Shown piece after piece: positions 1 to 10,858 of a stretch of DNA of 64,000 bases. The translations under genes were made by a program, and so were the position numbers. A model generated the notes under the pieces. The model did not search any database. It saw only the letters and a list, made by a program, of their open reading frames with translations, and was not told where the DNA came from. How positions within the stretch are numbered: position 1 is the first letter of the stretch; each line of letters opens with the position of its first letter. Source of the DNA: an uncultured Actinomycetes bacterium (GTDB taxonomy: Bacteria; Actinomycetota; Actinomycetes; Mycobacteriales; SCTD01); contig CAWASE010000023.1 of NCBI GenBank assembly GCA_963784675.1, positions 23,792 to 87,791 on the forward strand, given 5' to 3'.

Positions 1-1245
1 GCGTCGCCAGCCGCACCGCCTCCTCGCTGGTGAACACCGCCGTGCCGACCGCCGCGCCGGGGCTGGCGCCCATGCCACGCGTCAGGGCGGTGGCGTCCGT
101 GGTAGATCCGAACCGCGGGAACATCAGCTGTGCCAGCTGCGCACCCGTCACGCGGGTGAGCGCCTCGTCGAGCTGCAGCACGCCCTCGTCGACGAGCTGG
201 GTGGCGATGCGGAAGGCGGCGCCGGCGGTGCGCTTGCCGACTCGCGTCTGGAGCATCCAGAGCGTGCCGCGCTCGATCGTGAACTCGATGTCGCACAGGT
301 CGCGGTAGTGCTGCTCCAGCGTCGCCATGATCTCCACCAGGCGGTCGAAGCTGGCCTTGTCGAACTGCTCGAGCTGGTCCAGCCCGACGGTGTTGCGGAC
401 CCCGGCGACGACGTCCTCTCCCTGGGCGTTCTGCAGGTAGTCGCCGTAGAGCCCTGGCGCGCCGCTGCCCGGGTCGCGGGTGAACGCGACGCCGGTACCG
501 GAGTCCATGCCCAGGTTCCCGAACACCATCGCGCAGACGTTGACCGCGGTGCCCAGGTCGGCCGGGATGCGCTCCTGACGGCGGTACAGCCGCGCCCGCT
601 CGGTGTTCCAGGAGCCGAACACCGCACGCATCGCCAGGTCCAGCTGCGCCTGCGGATCCTGCGGGAAGTCGTCGCCGGTCTGCCGCGCGACGACCTCCTT
701 GAACCGTGCGACGAGCGCCTGCAGGTCGTCGGCGTCCAGGTCGAGGTCGTCCGGGTGCCCTTGGCCTGCTTGGCCGCGTCGACCTCGCGCTCGAACAGCT
801 CGCCGTCGACGCCGAGCACCGTCTTGCCGAACATCGCCAGCAGGCGGCGGTAGGAGTCCCAGGCGAAGCGGCTGCTGCCGGACTGCTCGGCCAGGCCCTG
901 CACGCTGCGGTCGTTGAGCCCGACGTTCAGCACCGTGTCCATCATGCCCGGGCATCGAGAAGCGACCGCCGGAGCGCACGCTCACCAGCAGCGGGTCGTC
1001 CGCGTCGCCCAGCCGCTTGCCCATCGCGGTCTCCAGCGCCGTCAGGTGCTGGGCCACCTCCTCAGCCAGCCCGGACGGCAGGTCTCCGTCGCGCAGGTAG
1101 GCGGTGCAGGCCTGCGTGGTCACGATGAACCCGGGCGGCACCGGGAGCCCCAGCACGGTCATCTCCGCGAGGTTGGCCCCCTTGCCTCCGAGCAGGTCCG
1201 CCATGTCGCGCCGCCCTCGGCGAAGTCATAGACATACTTGGGCAC
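1..1245 (-). CDS. ppdK: Pyruvate phosphate dikinase, 5' part (runs off window; several apparent frameshifts)
   Basis: Motifs spread over frames: VPKYVYDFAEG, LLGGKGANLAEM-LGLPVPPGF, MPGMMDTVLNVGLND, FAWDSYRRLLAMFG, GTGVAFTRDP, DIEFTIE-LWMLQTRVGKRT. GTG start at 1245. Confidence 0.93.
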
Positions 1246-1286
1246 GCGTGCTGCCTCTCTGGGCGGACGGCGGTGACGGGCTGAGA

Positions 1287-2357
1287 TTAGCGAGCGACGC
1301 GTCGACGGACTGCCACCAGGGTCAGAAGCAGCGCGACCGGCGCCAGCAGGTAGAGCAGCGGCCGGCGGGTCGTCGAGCTGTCGGCCCCCAGCGGCGCGAC
1401 GGGGGCACCGGACGGGTCGCCGGACCCGCCCTCGACGCCGGCCGCGCCGTTCGGCACGGCTTGTCGCGGCAGCCGGTGGACGGGCGCGTCCACGCCCTCG
1501 CTGCTCGTCAGCAGAGCCGCCCCGCTCCGGTCGTAGGCCAGGCCCTCGCCCTGCTGCGTCGGCGGGAGCGGCGTGATGGCCGGTTCGCTGGAGAAGGCCT
1601 GCGCCAGGTCGCCGCCGGTCGGCACGGCCCACTCGTAGACGTCGGTATAGGTGCGCAGGGCGACATGCCGACCGTCGGGCGAGATGTCACCGGCGGTGAA
1701 CAGCAGCTGGGCGAGGCCGCCGATCCCCGGCCCGCCGACGGTGCCGGTCCGGCGCGGCTCGACGCTCGCCACCAGCACGAGGTCGTTGGGGCCGGCGGGG
1801 TCGAGCACCGCTGGGGCCGCGTACGACCTTCGCCGGCCCGGCCAACGGCTTGGTGACCAGGTAGACCCGCCCGGTGTCGCGGGGTGACGAGCAGCGTCTC
1901 GGCGTCGCCGGGACCGTCCGGGTAGCGCAGCCGGAAGTCCACGGACGGCTCGGTGCGTCACCCGCGCGCGCGCCGTCGGCCCCGGCTCGCGCACGCGGTG
2001 CACGCAGCACCCCGTTGTCGCGCACGCGCGTTGTTGTCGCCGATGTCCGCCAGCCACAGGGAGCTGCGGCCGTTCTCGTCCGGGCCGCGGGCGATGTCCT
2101 CCCAGTCGCGGGCCGGCACGCCGGGCACGGTGAAGATCGCCCGGGTCGCGCCGTCGGCACCGACCGCGAAGAAGCGCGGTGCGTCACCGCTGTCGTTGTG
2201 GGTGAACAGGACCCCGTCCTCGCATCGAGACTGCTCACCAGCCCGCTGGACTCGGTGATGCGCGCGTCCGCGAACCGGAACAGCTCGGTCCCGGGCCCGA
2301 ACGACGGCGCCCCGACCAGCAGCGCGAGTGCGGCGCGGACCGGAGCGGGACCAGCAA
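1287..2357 (-). CDS. Secreted/membrane-anchored beta-propeller-like hypothetical protein (frameshifted)
   Basis: Pieces ITESSGL, LFTHNDSGDAPRFFAV, DWEDIARGP, LWLADIGDNN, YPDGPGDAETLLV, FTAGDISPDGRHVALRTY, QQGEGLAY; C-terminal TM helix plus Arg tail. Start approximate. Confidence 0.65.
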
Positions 2358-2358
2358 G

Positions 2359-2990
2359 TCAGACGACCCCGTAGAGGCGGTCACCCGCATCGCCGAGGCC
2401 GGGTGTGATGTAGCCCTGCTCGGTCAGCCGCTCGTCGATGCCCGCGCGTGACGACGGTGACCGCGTGGTCGCCGGAAGCCGTCCTCCAGCCGGGCGAGAC
2501 CTTCCGGGCTGCCAGCAGGCAGAGCGCCGTGACGCTGGCCGCTCCCCTCGCCAGCAGCAGGTCGATGGTGGTGAGCAGCGTGCCGCCGGTCGCCAGCATC
2601 GGGTCCAGCACGAAGACCTCGCGACCCTGAGATCCTCCGGCAACCGGTTCGCGTAGGCGGTCGCCGCCAGCGAGACCTCGTCGCGCACCATGCCCAGGAA
2701 GCCGACCTCGGCCGTCGGCAGCAGCCGCGTCATGCCGTCCAGCATCCCAGGCCGGCACGGAGCACCGGGACGACCAGCGGCACCGGCCGCGACAGCCGCA
2801 CGCCCGTCGTCGTCGCCACCGGCGTCGTCACCTCGACCGGTTCGACGCTGACCTCACGCGTCGCCTCGTAGGCGAGCAGGGTCACGAGCTCGTCGGCCAG
2901 CCGGCGGAAGGTCGGCGAGTCGGTGCGCTCGTCGCGCAGCGCCGTGAGCTTGTGCGCGACCAGCGGATGGTCGACGACCAGGGTCCGCAC
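2359..2990 (-). CDS. upp: Uracil phosphoribosyltransferase (frameshifted)
   Basis: [62 protein letters not shown] in three frames. Confidence 0.95.
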
Positions 2991-2994
2991 CTGC

Positions 2995-4353
2995 TCAGAC
3001 CGGGCCGAGCTTGTCGTGCAGGTACCGCGGCACCTGGTCCAGGGACACCCGCTCCTGCGTCATCGCATCGCGCTCGCGGACCGTCACCGCCTGGTCCTGG
3101 AGGCTGTCGAAGTCGATCGTCACGCAGAAGGGGGTACCCACCTCGTCCTGGCGCCGGTAGCGGCGACCGATGGCTCCGGCGTCGTCGAAGTCGACGTTCC
3201 AGTCGCGCCGCAGCCGGGCCGCGAGGTCGCGTGCGATCGGCGACAGGTCGGCGTTGCGCGACAGCGGCAGCACCGCCGCCTTGATCGGTGCCAGCCGCGG
3301 GTCCAGCGCCAGCACCACGCGCTTGTCCACGCCGCCCTTGGCGTTGGGCGCCTCGTCCTCGCGGTAGGCGTCGAGCAGGAAGGTGAGCGCGCAGCGGTCG
3401 ACACCGGCGGCCGGCTCGATGACGTAGGGCGTCCAGCGCTCGCCCGACTCCTGGTCGAAGTAGTCCAGCGCCACCCCGGACGCCTTGGAGTGCACGGTCA
3501 GGTCGTAGTCGGTGCGGTTGGCGATGCCTTCCAGCTCGCCCCACGGCGAGCCCTGGAAACCGAACTCGTACTCGATGTCCACGGTGCGCTTGGAGTAGTG
3601 CGAGAGCTTGTCCTTCGGATGCTCGAACTGCCGCAGCTTGGCCGGGTCGATACCCAGGTCGACGTACCACGCGAACCGCTCGTCGATCCACTGCTGGTGC
3701 CACTGCTCGTCCTCGCCGGGCTTGACGAAGAACTCCATCTCCATCTGCTCGAACTCGCGCGTGCGGAAGATGAAGTTGCCCGGGGTGATCTCGTTGCGGA
3801 AGCTCTTGCCGATCTGGCCGATGCCGAAGGGGGGCTTCTTGCGCGCGCTCTGCTGCACGTTCGCGTAGTTGATGAAGATGCCCTGCGCCGTCTCGGGGCG
3901 CAGGTAGGCCAGCCCGCTCTCGTCCTTCACCACGCCCAGGTGGGTGGACAGCAGACCGTTGAAGAGCTTGGGCTCGGTCCAGACGTCACGGTTGCCGCAG
4001 CTCGGGCACGCGATGTCCTTGAGCGCCTTCCCGGCCCCTTCCTCCAGGTGGTCGGCCCGGTAGCGCTTGTGGCACGACGTGCACTCGACGAGCGGGTCGA
4101 CGAACGCCTGCACGTGGCCGCTGGTCTCCCACACCTCGCGCGCCAGGATCACGCACGAGTCCAGGCCCACGACGTCGTCGCGGCCCTGCACCACGGCCTT
4201 CCACCACTGGCGCTTGACGTTGTTCTTCAGCTCGACGCCGAGCGGCCCGTAGTCCCAGGACGCCCGCAGCCCCCCGTAGATCTCGGACGAGGGGAACACC
4301 AACCCCCGCCGCTTGCAGAGGCTGACGATGGTGTCCATGCGGTCGTTCTTCAC
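2995..4353 (-). CDS. glyQS: Glycine--tRNA ligase (homodimeric alpha2 type)
   Basis: [63 protein letters not shown]. Confidence 0.97.
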   Translation of the reverse strand: MKNDRMDTIVSLCKRRGLVFPSSEIYGGLRASWDYGPLGVELKNNVKRQWWKAVVQGRDDVVGLDSCVILAREVWETSGHVQAFVDPLVECTSCHKRYRADHLEEGAGKALKDIACPSCGNRDVWTEPKLFNGLLSTHLGVVKDESGLAYLRPETAQGIFINYANVQQSARKKPPFGIGQIGKSFRNEITPGNFIFRTREFEQMEMEFFVKPGEDEQWHQQWIDERFAWYVDLGIDPAKLRQFEHPKDKLSHYSKRTVDIEYEFGFQGSPWGELEGIANRTDYDLTVHSKASGVALDYFDQESGERWTPYVIEPAAGVDRCALTFLLDAYREDEAPNAKGGVDKRVVLALDPRLAPIKAAVLPLSRNADLSPIARDLAARLRRDWNVDFDDAGAIGRRYRRQDEVGTPFCVTIDFDSLQDQAVTVRERDAMTQERVSLDQVPRYLHDKLGPV

Positions 4354-4443
4354 AGGATGGCTCCGGTCCGGCTGGCGGTCGGCGGGTGGGCTCGCAGGCT
4401 ACCGGCGCGAGGACGCCCGGGTCGTCGGGAGCCCGGGTCCGGT

Positions 4444-4830
4444 TCAGCCCGGCAGGTCGCTCCGCGCCGGACCGGACGCCGAGCCGATGCCGACCTGGTC
4501 GGCGTCGCGGGCGCGACGGCTCGGGCCCACGACCACGCCCGCGCCGTCGGAGGCGTGCAGGATCTCGAACGCGCTCGGCTCGTCGCGACCGCGCGACAGC
4601 AACGGCGCCGCGTCGACCTTCACCTCGTAGGCGGACAGGCTCCTGCGGTAGGCACCGACGCCGACCCACTCGGTGGTCAGCACCCACTGCGTCGGGTCGT
4701 CGGCAGCCCGGCCGACCCGACCTCGCAGATATCCCGGTCGAGCGGCAAAGGCCGCCAGCGCGGCCCGCGCCTGGTCCAGGAACTGCTCGGCGTCGTCCAT
4801 GGGAACGTCGAACCTCGTCACGACCAGCAC
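4444..4830 (-). CDS. Antibiotic biosynthesis monooxygenase (ABM) domain protein
   Basis: AALAAFAARPGYLRGRVGRAADDPTQWVLTTEW-GAYRRSLSAYEVK; this family commonly precedes glyS in Actinobacteria. TAGCGT hexamer 6 nt before the GTG. Confidence 0.8.
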   Translation of the reverse strand: MLVVTRFDVPMDDAEQFLDQARAALAAFAARPGYLRGRVGRAADDPTQWVLTTEWVGVGAYRRSLSAYEVKVDAAPLLSRGRDEPSAFEILHASDGAGVVVGPSRRARDADQVGIGSASGPARSDLPG

Positions 4831-4907
4831 GGTGACACGCTAGTCATGACCCGGTCGGGGTGCGCGTGGCGCTCGAGCCCGCACGCACGAGCGAGCAAGG
4901 AGCAGGC

Positions 4908-5204
4908 ATGGACAGCGACCATCCCCCGGAGCTGCGTCGACGGGTGGAGCGCGCCAGCGGGCCCGCGCTGCTGTGGTTGTCGGCTCGGCCCGCCTTCGTG
5001 CTCCCCGGCCTCATCGTCGTGCTCCTGGTCGCCGGCCTGGCGACGCCACCCGCTGTCGGAGTCGTGCTGCTCGCGCTGCTGCTCGTGGTGGTCGGATGGC
5101 TGTGCTTCTTGTCCTGGCCGGCGCTGCTCACCGCCCAGAAGGCCCTGCGCCTCGCGACTCTCGGGCTGCTCGCCGCTGCCCTGGCCGGACGCACCGGGCA
5201 GTGA
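4908..5204 (+). CDS. Small membrane protein (DUF6703-like)
   Basis: ATG after AAGGAG; VERASGPALLWLSARPAFVLPGLIVVLL...GWLCFLSWPAL; about 3 TM segments. Confidence 0.65.
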   Translation: MDSDHPPELRRRVERASGPALLWLSARPAFVLPGLIVVLLVAGLATPPAVGVVLLALLLVVVGWLCFLSWPALLTAQKALRLATLGLLAAALAGRTGQ

Positions 5205-5313
5205 TGTGCGCGACCACGTCGTGCCGGAGTGCCGGGACGAGCGCCGGACGTGCCAGGATTGCCGGACTGCACGCGCCGGCTGGGCCACGGCCGACGACGA
5301 CACGGAGGACACC

Positions 5314-5774
5314 TTGAGCGAGACCCTGGACGACACCGCCACCGACATGTCCGAGGAGGACGCCTCCATGCCTGAGCCGAGCAAGCCGGCCAAGAGCACG
5401 CCCGCGCGCCGTGGACGTGGTGCGGGCTCGGCCAAGAGCGCCAGCCGCAAGAGCGCCCGCCCGGTCGAGCTCCAGCGCGTCCGTCGGCGGCCGCGGCCAC
5501 CGACGCCGCCGGCTCGCTGGCCTCCGCCCTGCGCGGCCTGGTCGGCGGCATCGAGGAGGAGGTCGCGGCCATCACCGGTCTGTCGGCCGAGATCGACGTC
5601 CACGTCGACGCTCTCAACGAGCTGCGCGCCGAGGCGACGCGCCGCCTGCTGCACCTGGACGACCTGCGCTCTGCCGCCGAGGACGTCAACCTCAGCGCCT
5701 TCCTCGACACCTCGATCCAGCCGCAGCTGCCGCAGGTCGAGGAGGACTTCCCCGACCGCATCTACGGCGGCTGA
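5314..5774 (+). CDS. Hypothetical protein: low-complexity N-terminus plus coiled-coil domain ending EDFPDRIYGG (frameshifted; C-terminal frame absent from ORF track)
   Basis: GGAGG then TTG at 5314 (alternative ATG 5368). Hand translation of 5520-5774: ASALRGLVGGIEEEVAAITGLSAEIDVHVDALNELRAEATRRLLHLDDLRSAAEDVNLSAFLDTSIQPQLPQVEEDFPDRIYGG*, with strong GC3 codon bias. Confidence 0.75.
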
Positions 5775-5973
5775 GCAGCACCGCACGACGAGCTCGAGCG
5801 TTCGACCGGGGCCGGCAGGCGCACGTCGCCTGTCGGCCTCGCGGCGTCCCGGTCCGCGACACGCCGTCGGAGCGGCAGTCGTCGGTCCGGTGAGGTCCTC
5901 GGGTCGGGGACGTCCGCTCCTTCCGAGCGGCCAGCCGGGCGGTCGAGTCAAGCGAGGGTCAGTCCGGCGAGGG

Positions 5974-6256
5974 TCAGTCGGCGAGGTACAGCCGGTCGGG
6001 AAAGGTCTCGACCTGGTGCGGCAGGGTCACCCTGGACCGGGTCCGCAGGAAGCGTTCCAGCTGCGGGTCCCCGGCCGCCTCGACCACCGCGTCCAGCCGG
6101 ACGATCCGTTCGGCGAGATCTCGTCGGGCGGTGTTGAGGGCGTGGACGTGCTCGTCGATACGTCGGGCCAGGCTGCTCACGAGCGCGCGTCTCGCTCTCG
6201 ATCGCCCACAGCAGCTCCCGCTGCGCGTAGGTGAGCCGTGCACCGTCCTCGGTCAT
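5974..6256 (-). CDS. Small coiled-coil hypothetical protein, paralog of 5314-5774 (one frameshift near 6185)
   Basis: ATG overlaps the uppS stop (ATGA). [23 protein letters not shown]../[69 protein letters not shown]. Confidence 0.75.
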
Positions 6257-7077
6257 CGGCTGCTTCCTTCTTGTCCCGCGACGGCGTCCGAGGGTGCGCC
6301 GCCGTACCGCCGGTCCCGTTCCGCGTAGATCTGCACCGCACGCCACAGCGTCCGCCGGTCGACGTCGGGCCACAGCTCGTCGAGGAAGACCAGCTCGGCA
6401 TAGGCCGACTGCCACAGCAGGAAGTTGGACGTCCTCTGTTCGCCGGACGTGCGCAAGAAGAGGTCGACGTCAGGCATGTCCGGCTCGTCGAGATAACGGG
6501 CCAGCACCCGCTCGTCGACCTTGGCCGGGTCCAGCCGCCCCGCCGCCACGTCCAGCGCCAGCAGCCGTGCCGCGTCGGCGATCTCGGCCCGACCTCCGTA
6601 GTTGACGCACATGGTGAGCGTGCAGACGGTGTTGTGGCGGGTGAGCTCTTCGGCCTCCTCCAGCTCGCGGATGACCGAGCGCCACAGCCGCGGGCGCCGG
6701 CCGGCCCAGCGGACACGCACCCCCAGCGCATGCATCTCGTCGCGCCGCCGACGGATCACGTCGCGGTTGAAGCCCATCAGGAAGCGGACCTCGTCCGGCG
6801 AGCGCTTCCAGTTCTCGGTCGAGAACGCATACGCCGAGACCCAGCCGATCCCGAGCTCGATCGCCCCCTCGACGACGTCGAACAACGACGACTCGCCCTC
6901 TTCGTGCCCCGCCGTGCGCGGCAGCCCGCGGTCCTTCGCCCACCGACCGTTGCCGTCCATGACGATCGCGACATGCCGGGGGACGAGCTCGACGGGCAGC
7001 ACCGGAGGGGTGGCGCCGGAGGGGTGCGGGGTCGGCGCCGCCACCTGCAGCCGCGGCTGGGCCGGGGGGCGCCTCAC
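6253..7077 (-). CDS. uppS: Isoprenyl transferase (undecaprenyl/decaprenyl diphosphate synthase)
   Basis: [58 protein letters not shown]; GTG overlaps the recO stop. Confidence 0.96.
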   Translation of the reverse strand: MRRPPAQPRLQVAAPTPHPSGATPPVLPVELVPRHVAIVMDGNGRWAKDRGLPRTAGHEEGESSLFDVVEGAIELGIGWVSAYAFSTENWKRSPDEVRFLMGFNRDVIRRRRDEMHALGVRVRWAGRRPRLWRSVIRELEEAEELTRHNTVCTLTMCVNYGGRAEIADAARLLALDVAAGRLDPAKVDERVLARYLDEPDMPDVDLFLRTSGEQRTSNFLLWQSAYAELVFLDELWPDVDRRTLWRAVQIYAERDRRYGGAPSDAVAGQEGSSR

Positions 7078-7811
7078 ACCCGCTCCACGTGCGGCAGGCT
7101 GCGCAGCCCTCGCTCCAGGTGCCACTGCAGGTGCGCCGCGACGAGGCCGCCCGCCTCGCGTCGGGTCCGGGCGTCGGTGGAGTCGGCGGACTCCCAGTCG
7201 CCGGTCAGCAGGTGCAGCATGAGGCTCAACGCGGCCGGTGAGGGCGACGCCGCGGCGGCCGGTCGACAGGCTGGGCACACGGTGCCGCCCGCCGGCACCG
7301 AGAAGGCACGGTGCGGCCCCGGAGCGCCGCAGCGGGCGCAGTCGGCGAGCGCGGGTGCGTACCCCGCCACCGACATGGCGCGCAGCAGGAAGGCGTCCAG
7401 CACCAGGCCCGGGTCCCGGACGGGCTCGGGCTGCACCAGCGTGCGCAACGCGCCGACCACGAGCAGGAACAGACGCAGCGACGGCTCCCGCTCCTCGGCC
7501 GTGAGCCGCTCGGCCGTCTCCAGCACGGCGGTGCCGGCGGTGTAGCGGGCGTAGTCGGCGACCAGGTCCTGACCGTAGGAGGTGAGGCTCTCGGCCTGCA
7601 CGACGATGTCCAGGCTGCGCCCGGCGTACAGCTGCAGGTCGACATGGCTGAACGGCTCGACGGTGGCCCCGAACCGCGAGCGGGTCCGACGCACGCCCTT
7701 GGCGACCGCTCGGACGCGACCGTGCCTCCTGGTCAAGATCGTGACGATGCGATCCGCCTCGCCCAGCTTCTGGACGCGCAGCACGACACCCTCGTCGCGG
7801 TACAGGCTCAC
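7074..7811 (-). CDS. recO: DNA repair protein RecO
   Basis: [39 protein letters not shown], CxxC...CxxC zinc finger. Confidence 0.96.
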   Translation of the reverse strand: MSLYRDEGVVLRVQKLGEADRIVTILTRRHGRVRAVAKGVRRTRSRFGATVEPFSHVDLQLYAGRSLDIVVQAESLTSYGQDLVADYARYTAGTAVLETAERLTAEEREPSLRLFLLVVGALRTLVQPEPVRDPGLVLDAFLLRAMSVAGYAPALADCARCGAPGPHRAFSVPAGGTVCPACRPAAAASPSPAALSLMLHLLTGDWESADSTDARTRREAGGLVAAHLQWHLERGLRSLPHVERV

Positions 7812-7950
7812 GCCGTCCTGCCGAAGAGAGAAGACACGCAGCAACGGTAGTCCGCAGGGGCTGCCGTGTCGGTGTGCCGTGCCGTGGCAGGCTTGTCTGC
7901 TCGCGTCCGGGAGCGCGTCCCCCCGTCCGCGACCGAGCGAAAGGGCAACG

Positions 7951-9570
7951 GTGGCAGTTCCTCTGCTCGATGCGCCCTTCGTCGAGCGTCGCGGCGCCTG
8001 GGCCCTGCCACCCCGGCCGCCGGAGACCTGGATCGGCTCGCGCTACACGGTCGCCCTGTACGCCGCGGGTCTGGCCTGCGCGGTCCTGTGCCTGCAGCCG
8101 CTCGCGGTCGATCGCAGCGGTCGTACCGTCCTGGTGACCCTGACGGGGCTGCTGGGCTGTGCGGCAGCGCTGACGGTGGCCTACGTCCTGCTGATCCAGC
8201 ACAGCGTCACCGGCGACGCGGAGCTGCGCTGGGTGGCTGCGGGGGCTCTCATCACCGTGCCCCTGGTGGTCGGCGAGGCGCTGTATCTCGCCGACGCCGA
8301 CCAGGCGGCCGGATCGCTCGAACGCGCCGGACCGATCGCGCTGCTGGCGCTGGGGGTGCTGCCCCTGGTGGCGCTCACCTCGGCCTGGGTGCGCCTGGGC
8401 CTGCCCCTGGTCCTGGTGCCGCTGAACGCTGTTGCCGCCCTCGGTCTGGGCATCGTCCTGTGGCCCTGGCTGCTGGCGCTGCTGGTCGATCCGGGCGGGC
8501 GTCCGACGCCGGTGCTGCGCGGCGCCTTCCTGATCGTGGGCCTGTTCGCGGCCGCAGGTGCGCTGCGGTGGTGGACCGGTCGGCCGCGGGGCGTGCGCGG
8601 ACCGTGGGTCTGGATCGTCGTCAGCCTGGCCATGACTGCTCTCGCCGCCCTCGCGCACGCTGTCGCCGGTCGTCCCATGACGGCGTCCTGGTGGACGGCC
8701 GTGCTGCTCGACGGGACGACCCTGACGGCCACGGCCCTGGGGCTGGCGCTGGTCAGCGCCGCCGGCTACCGCCGTCAGAGCCGACGCTGGCGCCAGCTGG
8801 TGGCCCAGGTGGGGATGCTGAGGGCGGCCTCTCCGCTGCTGCCGGGCCTGTCCATCACCCCCGAGGACGACGACGGCCTGCCCGGGCACGCCGAGGTGCG
8901 GGCGCTGATCGACGACGGTCGGGTCCGGGTCGCACTGCAGCCGGTCGTGCGGCTCGCCGACGGTGAGGTCGTCGGTTTCGAAGCGCTCTCACGCTTCGGT
9001 GGCCGTGTCCCGACCGACCGATGGTTCCGCGGGGCCAGCCACTGCGGCCTGGGCGGCGAGCTGGAGCGGGTCACGCTGCACGCGGCGCTGGCGCTGCTCG
9101 ACCAGCTGCCCGAAGAGGTCTTTCTCGCGGTGAACGTCTCCCCCGCGGCAGTCCACGACGGCGAGGTCGTGAGCCTGCTGCACGGCTGCGACCTGCGCCG
9201 CATCATCGTCGAGGTGACCGAGCACGAGGCGGTCTCGGACTACGGAGCCACCCGGGACGTCCTGGACGGGTTGCGACGGGCCGGAGCCCGCATCGCCGTC
9301 GACGACACCGGCGCAGGCTTCGCCAGCCTGCGTCACGTGCTCATGCTGCAGCCCGACATCATCAAGCTCGACACCAGCCTGACCCGCGACGTGCAGAACA
9401 ACCAGCGTCAGCAGGATCTCGTCGTCGCGCTGGCGACCTTCGCCGTCGAGGTCGGGAGCACCGTGCTGGCCGAGGGCATCGAGACGGTCGAGCAGCTCGA
9501 CACCCTGCGCGGGCTTCAGGTGCCGCTCGGACAGGGTTGGCACCTCGGCGTGCCGACGATCGTGGGCTGA
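7951..9570 (+). CDS. Multi-TM sensor fused to an EAL (c-di-GMP phosphodiesterase) domain
   Basis: About 8 hydrophobic helices, then [51 protein letters not shown]. Confidence 0.9.
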   Translation: MAVPLLDAPFVERRGAWALPPRPPETWIGSRYTVALYAAGLACAVLCLQPLAVDRSGRTVLVTLTGLLGCAAALTVAYVLLIQHSVTGDAELRWVAAGALITVPLVVGEALYLADADQAAGSLERAGPIALLALGVLPLVALTSAWVRLGLPLVLVPLNAVAALGLGIVLWPWLLALLVDPGGRPTPVLRGAFLIVGLFAAAGALRWWTGRPRGVRGPWVWIVVSLAMTALAALAHAVAGRPMTASWWTAVLLDGTTLTATALGLALVSAAGYRRQSRRWRQLVAQVGMLRAASPLLPGLSITPEDDDGLPGHAEVRALIDDGRVRVALQPVVRLADGEVVGFEALSRFGGRVPTDRWFRGASHCGLGGELERVTLHAALALLDQLPEEVFLAVNVSPAAVHDGEVVSLLHGCDLRRIIVEVTEHEAVSDYGATRDVLDGLRRAGARIAVDDTGAGFASLRHVLMLQPDIIKLDTSLTRDVQNNQRQQDLVVALATFAVEVGSTVLAEGIETVEQLDTLRGLQVPLGQGWHLGVPTIVG

Positions 9571-9576
9571 GCCCGG

Positions 9577-10491
9577 TCAGAAGCCCAGCTTCTTGAGCTG
9601 CTTGGGATCCTTCTGCCAGTCCTTGGCGACGCTGACCCGCAGGTCCAGATACACGCGCATGCCCAGCAGCGACTCGATCTGGTGCCGCGCCGTGGTGCCG
9701 ACGCCCTTCAGGCGGGCGCCGCCGGTCCCCAGCACGATGGCCTTCTGGGAGTCGCGCTCGACGTAGAGCGTGGCGAACACGTCCAGCAGCGGGCGGTCGT
9801 CGGGGCGGTCCTCGCGCAGGCGCATCTCCTCCACGGTGACGGCCAGGCTGTGCGGCAGCTCGTCACGGACGCCCTCCAGCGCGGCCTCGCGGATGAACTC
9901 GGCGACCAGCACCTGCTCGGGCTCGTCGGTCAGCTCGCCGTCGGGGTAGAGCACCGGGCCCTCCGGCAGTCGGGCCACCAGCAGATCGGCCAACAGGCCC
10001 ACCTGGAAGTCCGAGACAGCGCTGGTGGGGACGATCTCTGCCCAGTCGGCCAGCTTGGAGACGGCGAGCAGCTGCTCGCCGATCTGCTGCTTGCCGACCT
10101 TGTCGGTCTTGGTGACCACCGCCAGGACGGGGGTCGAGACCTGGGCCAGCTCGGCGGCGATGAAGCGGTCGCCCGGTCCGATCTTGTCGTCGGCGGTGAC
10201 GCAGAACACGATCACGTCGACGCCCGCGTAGGTCTCCCGGACGATGTCGTTCAGCCGCTGCCCCAGCAACGTGCGCGGCTTGTGCAGTCCCGGGGTGTCG
10301 ACGAGTACCAGCTGTGCGTCGGGGCGATGGACGATGCCCCGGACCGCGTGCCGGGTGGTCTGCGGTCGGCTGCTGGTGATGGCCACCTTCGTGCCGGTGA
10401 GCGCATTGGTGAGGGTGCTCTTGCCGGCGTTCGGACGGCCGACGAAGCAGGCGAAGCCGGAGCGGTAGCCGGCAGGCTGGTCGGGGCTCAT
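9577..10491 (-). CDS. era: GTPase Era
   Basis: GRPNAGKSTL, PQTTR, DTPGLHKP, TKTD, KH domain ELPHS...SQKAIVLG. Confidence 0.97.
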   Translation of the reverse strand: MSPDQPAGYRSGFACFVGRPNAGKSTLTNALTGTKVAITSSRPQTTRHAVRGIVHRPDAQLVLVDTPGLHKPRTLLGQRLNDIVRETYAGVDVIVFCVTADDKIGPGDRFIAAELAQVSTPVLAVVTKTDKVGKQQIGEQLLAVSKLADWAEIVPTSAVSDFQVGLLADLLVARLPEGPVLYPDGELTDEPEQVLVAEFIREAALEGVRDELPHSLAVTVEEMRLREDRPDDRPLLDVFATLYVERDSQKAIVLGTGGARLKGVGTTARHQIESLLGMRVYLDLRVSVAKDWQKDPKQLKKLGF

Positions 10492-10501
10492 CGGGGGCTG
10501 C

Positions 10502-10858
10502 TCACGTGGTCACGGTGTGGTGCACCGCTCCGTCGTCACCGGCGAGCATCATCGGCACGCCGACCCCGAACTCGCGGAGCACAGCCACGTCGGCCTCGGA
10601 AACCAGCGCACCGCCGACGACGGCTGCGGCCTCGAACTCGCGGGCGCCGCTGGACGCGGCAGCCACCACGGCCCCGCGCAGGGCTGACGTCGTCAGGGCC
10701 GGGTCGGCGTTCTCGACCGTCGCCGCGGAGTACGTGCGCCCCTCGATGTCGCGCACGGCAGCGCCTTCGGCGACGCCGCTGTGCGGCACGTGCGCGCGGG
10801 TGCGCGCATGGCGGGCGAGCACCACGAGCTTCGCGTCCTCGGGATCGAGCTCAGCCAC
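10502..10858 (-). CDS. Cytidine deaminase-like protein lacking the catalytic zinc motifs
   Basis: GAAVRDIEGRTYSAATVEN fold motif at the usual cdd position before era; no (C/H)AE or PCxxC. Confidence 0.75.
   Translation of the reverse strand: MAELDPEDAKLVVLARHARTRAHVPHSGVAEGAAVRDIEGRTYSAATVENADPALTTSALRGAVVAAASSGAREFEAAAVVGGALVSEADVAVLREFGVGVPMMLAGDDGAVHHTVTT

Noticed and set aside
2923-6234. 1103-aa plus-strand ORF and other long ORFs overlapping real genes (e.g. 18703..20817, 34884..36572, 59534..61741)
   Set aside because: Antisense or off-frame shadows typical of high-GC DNA. Only a short part near 5314-5470 is probably coding.
1-6256. Apparent pseudogenes or programmed frameshifts in ppdK, upp, phoH, DEAD helicase, hemW, S9 peptidase and the ABC genes (also 16490, 28-34 kb, 59-63.5 kb)
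   Set aside because: The indels cluster by region, hit conserved housekeeping genes, come without nonsense decay and show no slippery motifs. Low-coverage long-read error is the simplest explanation; read polishing would confirm.
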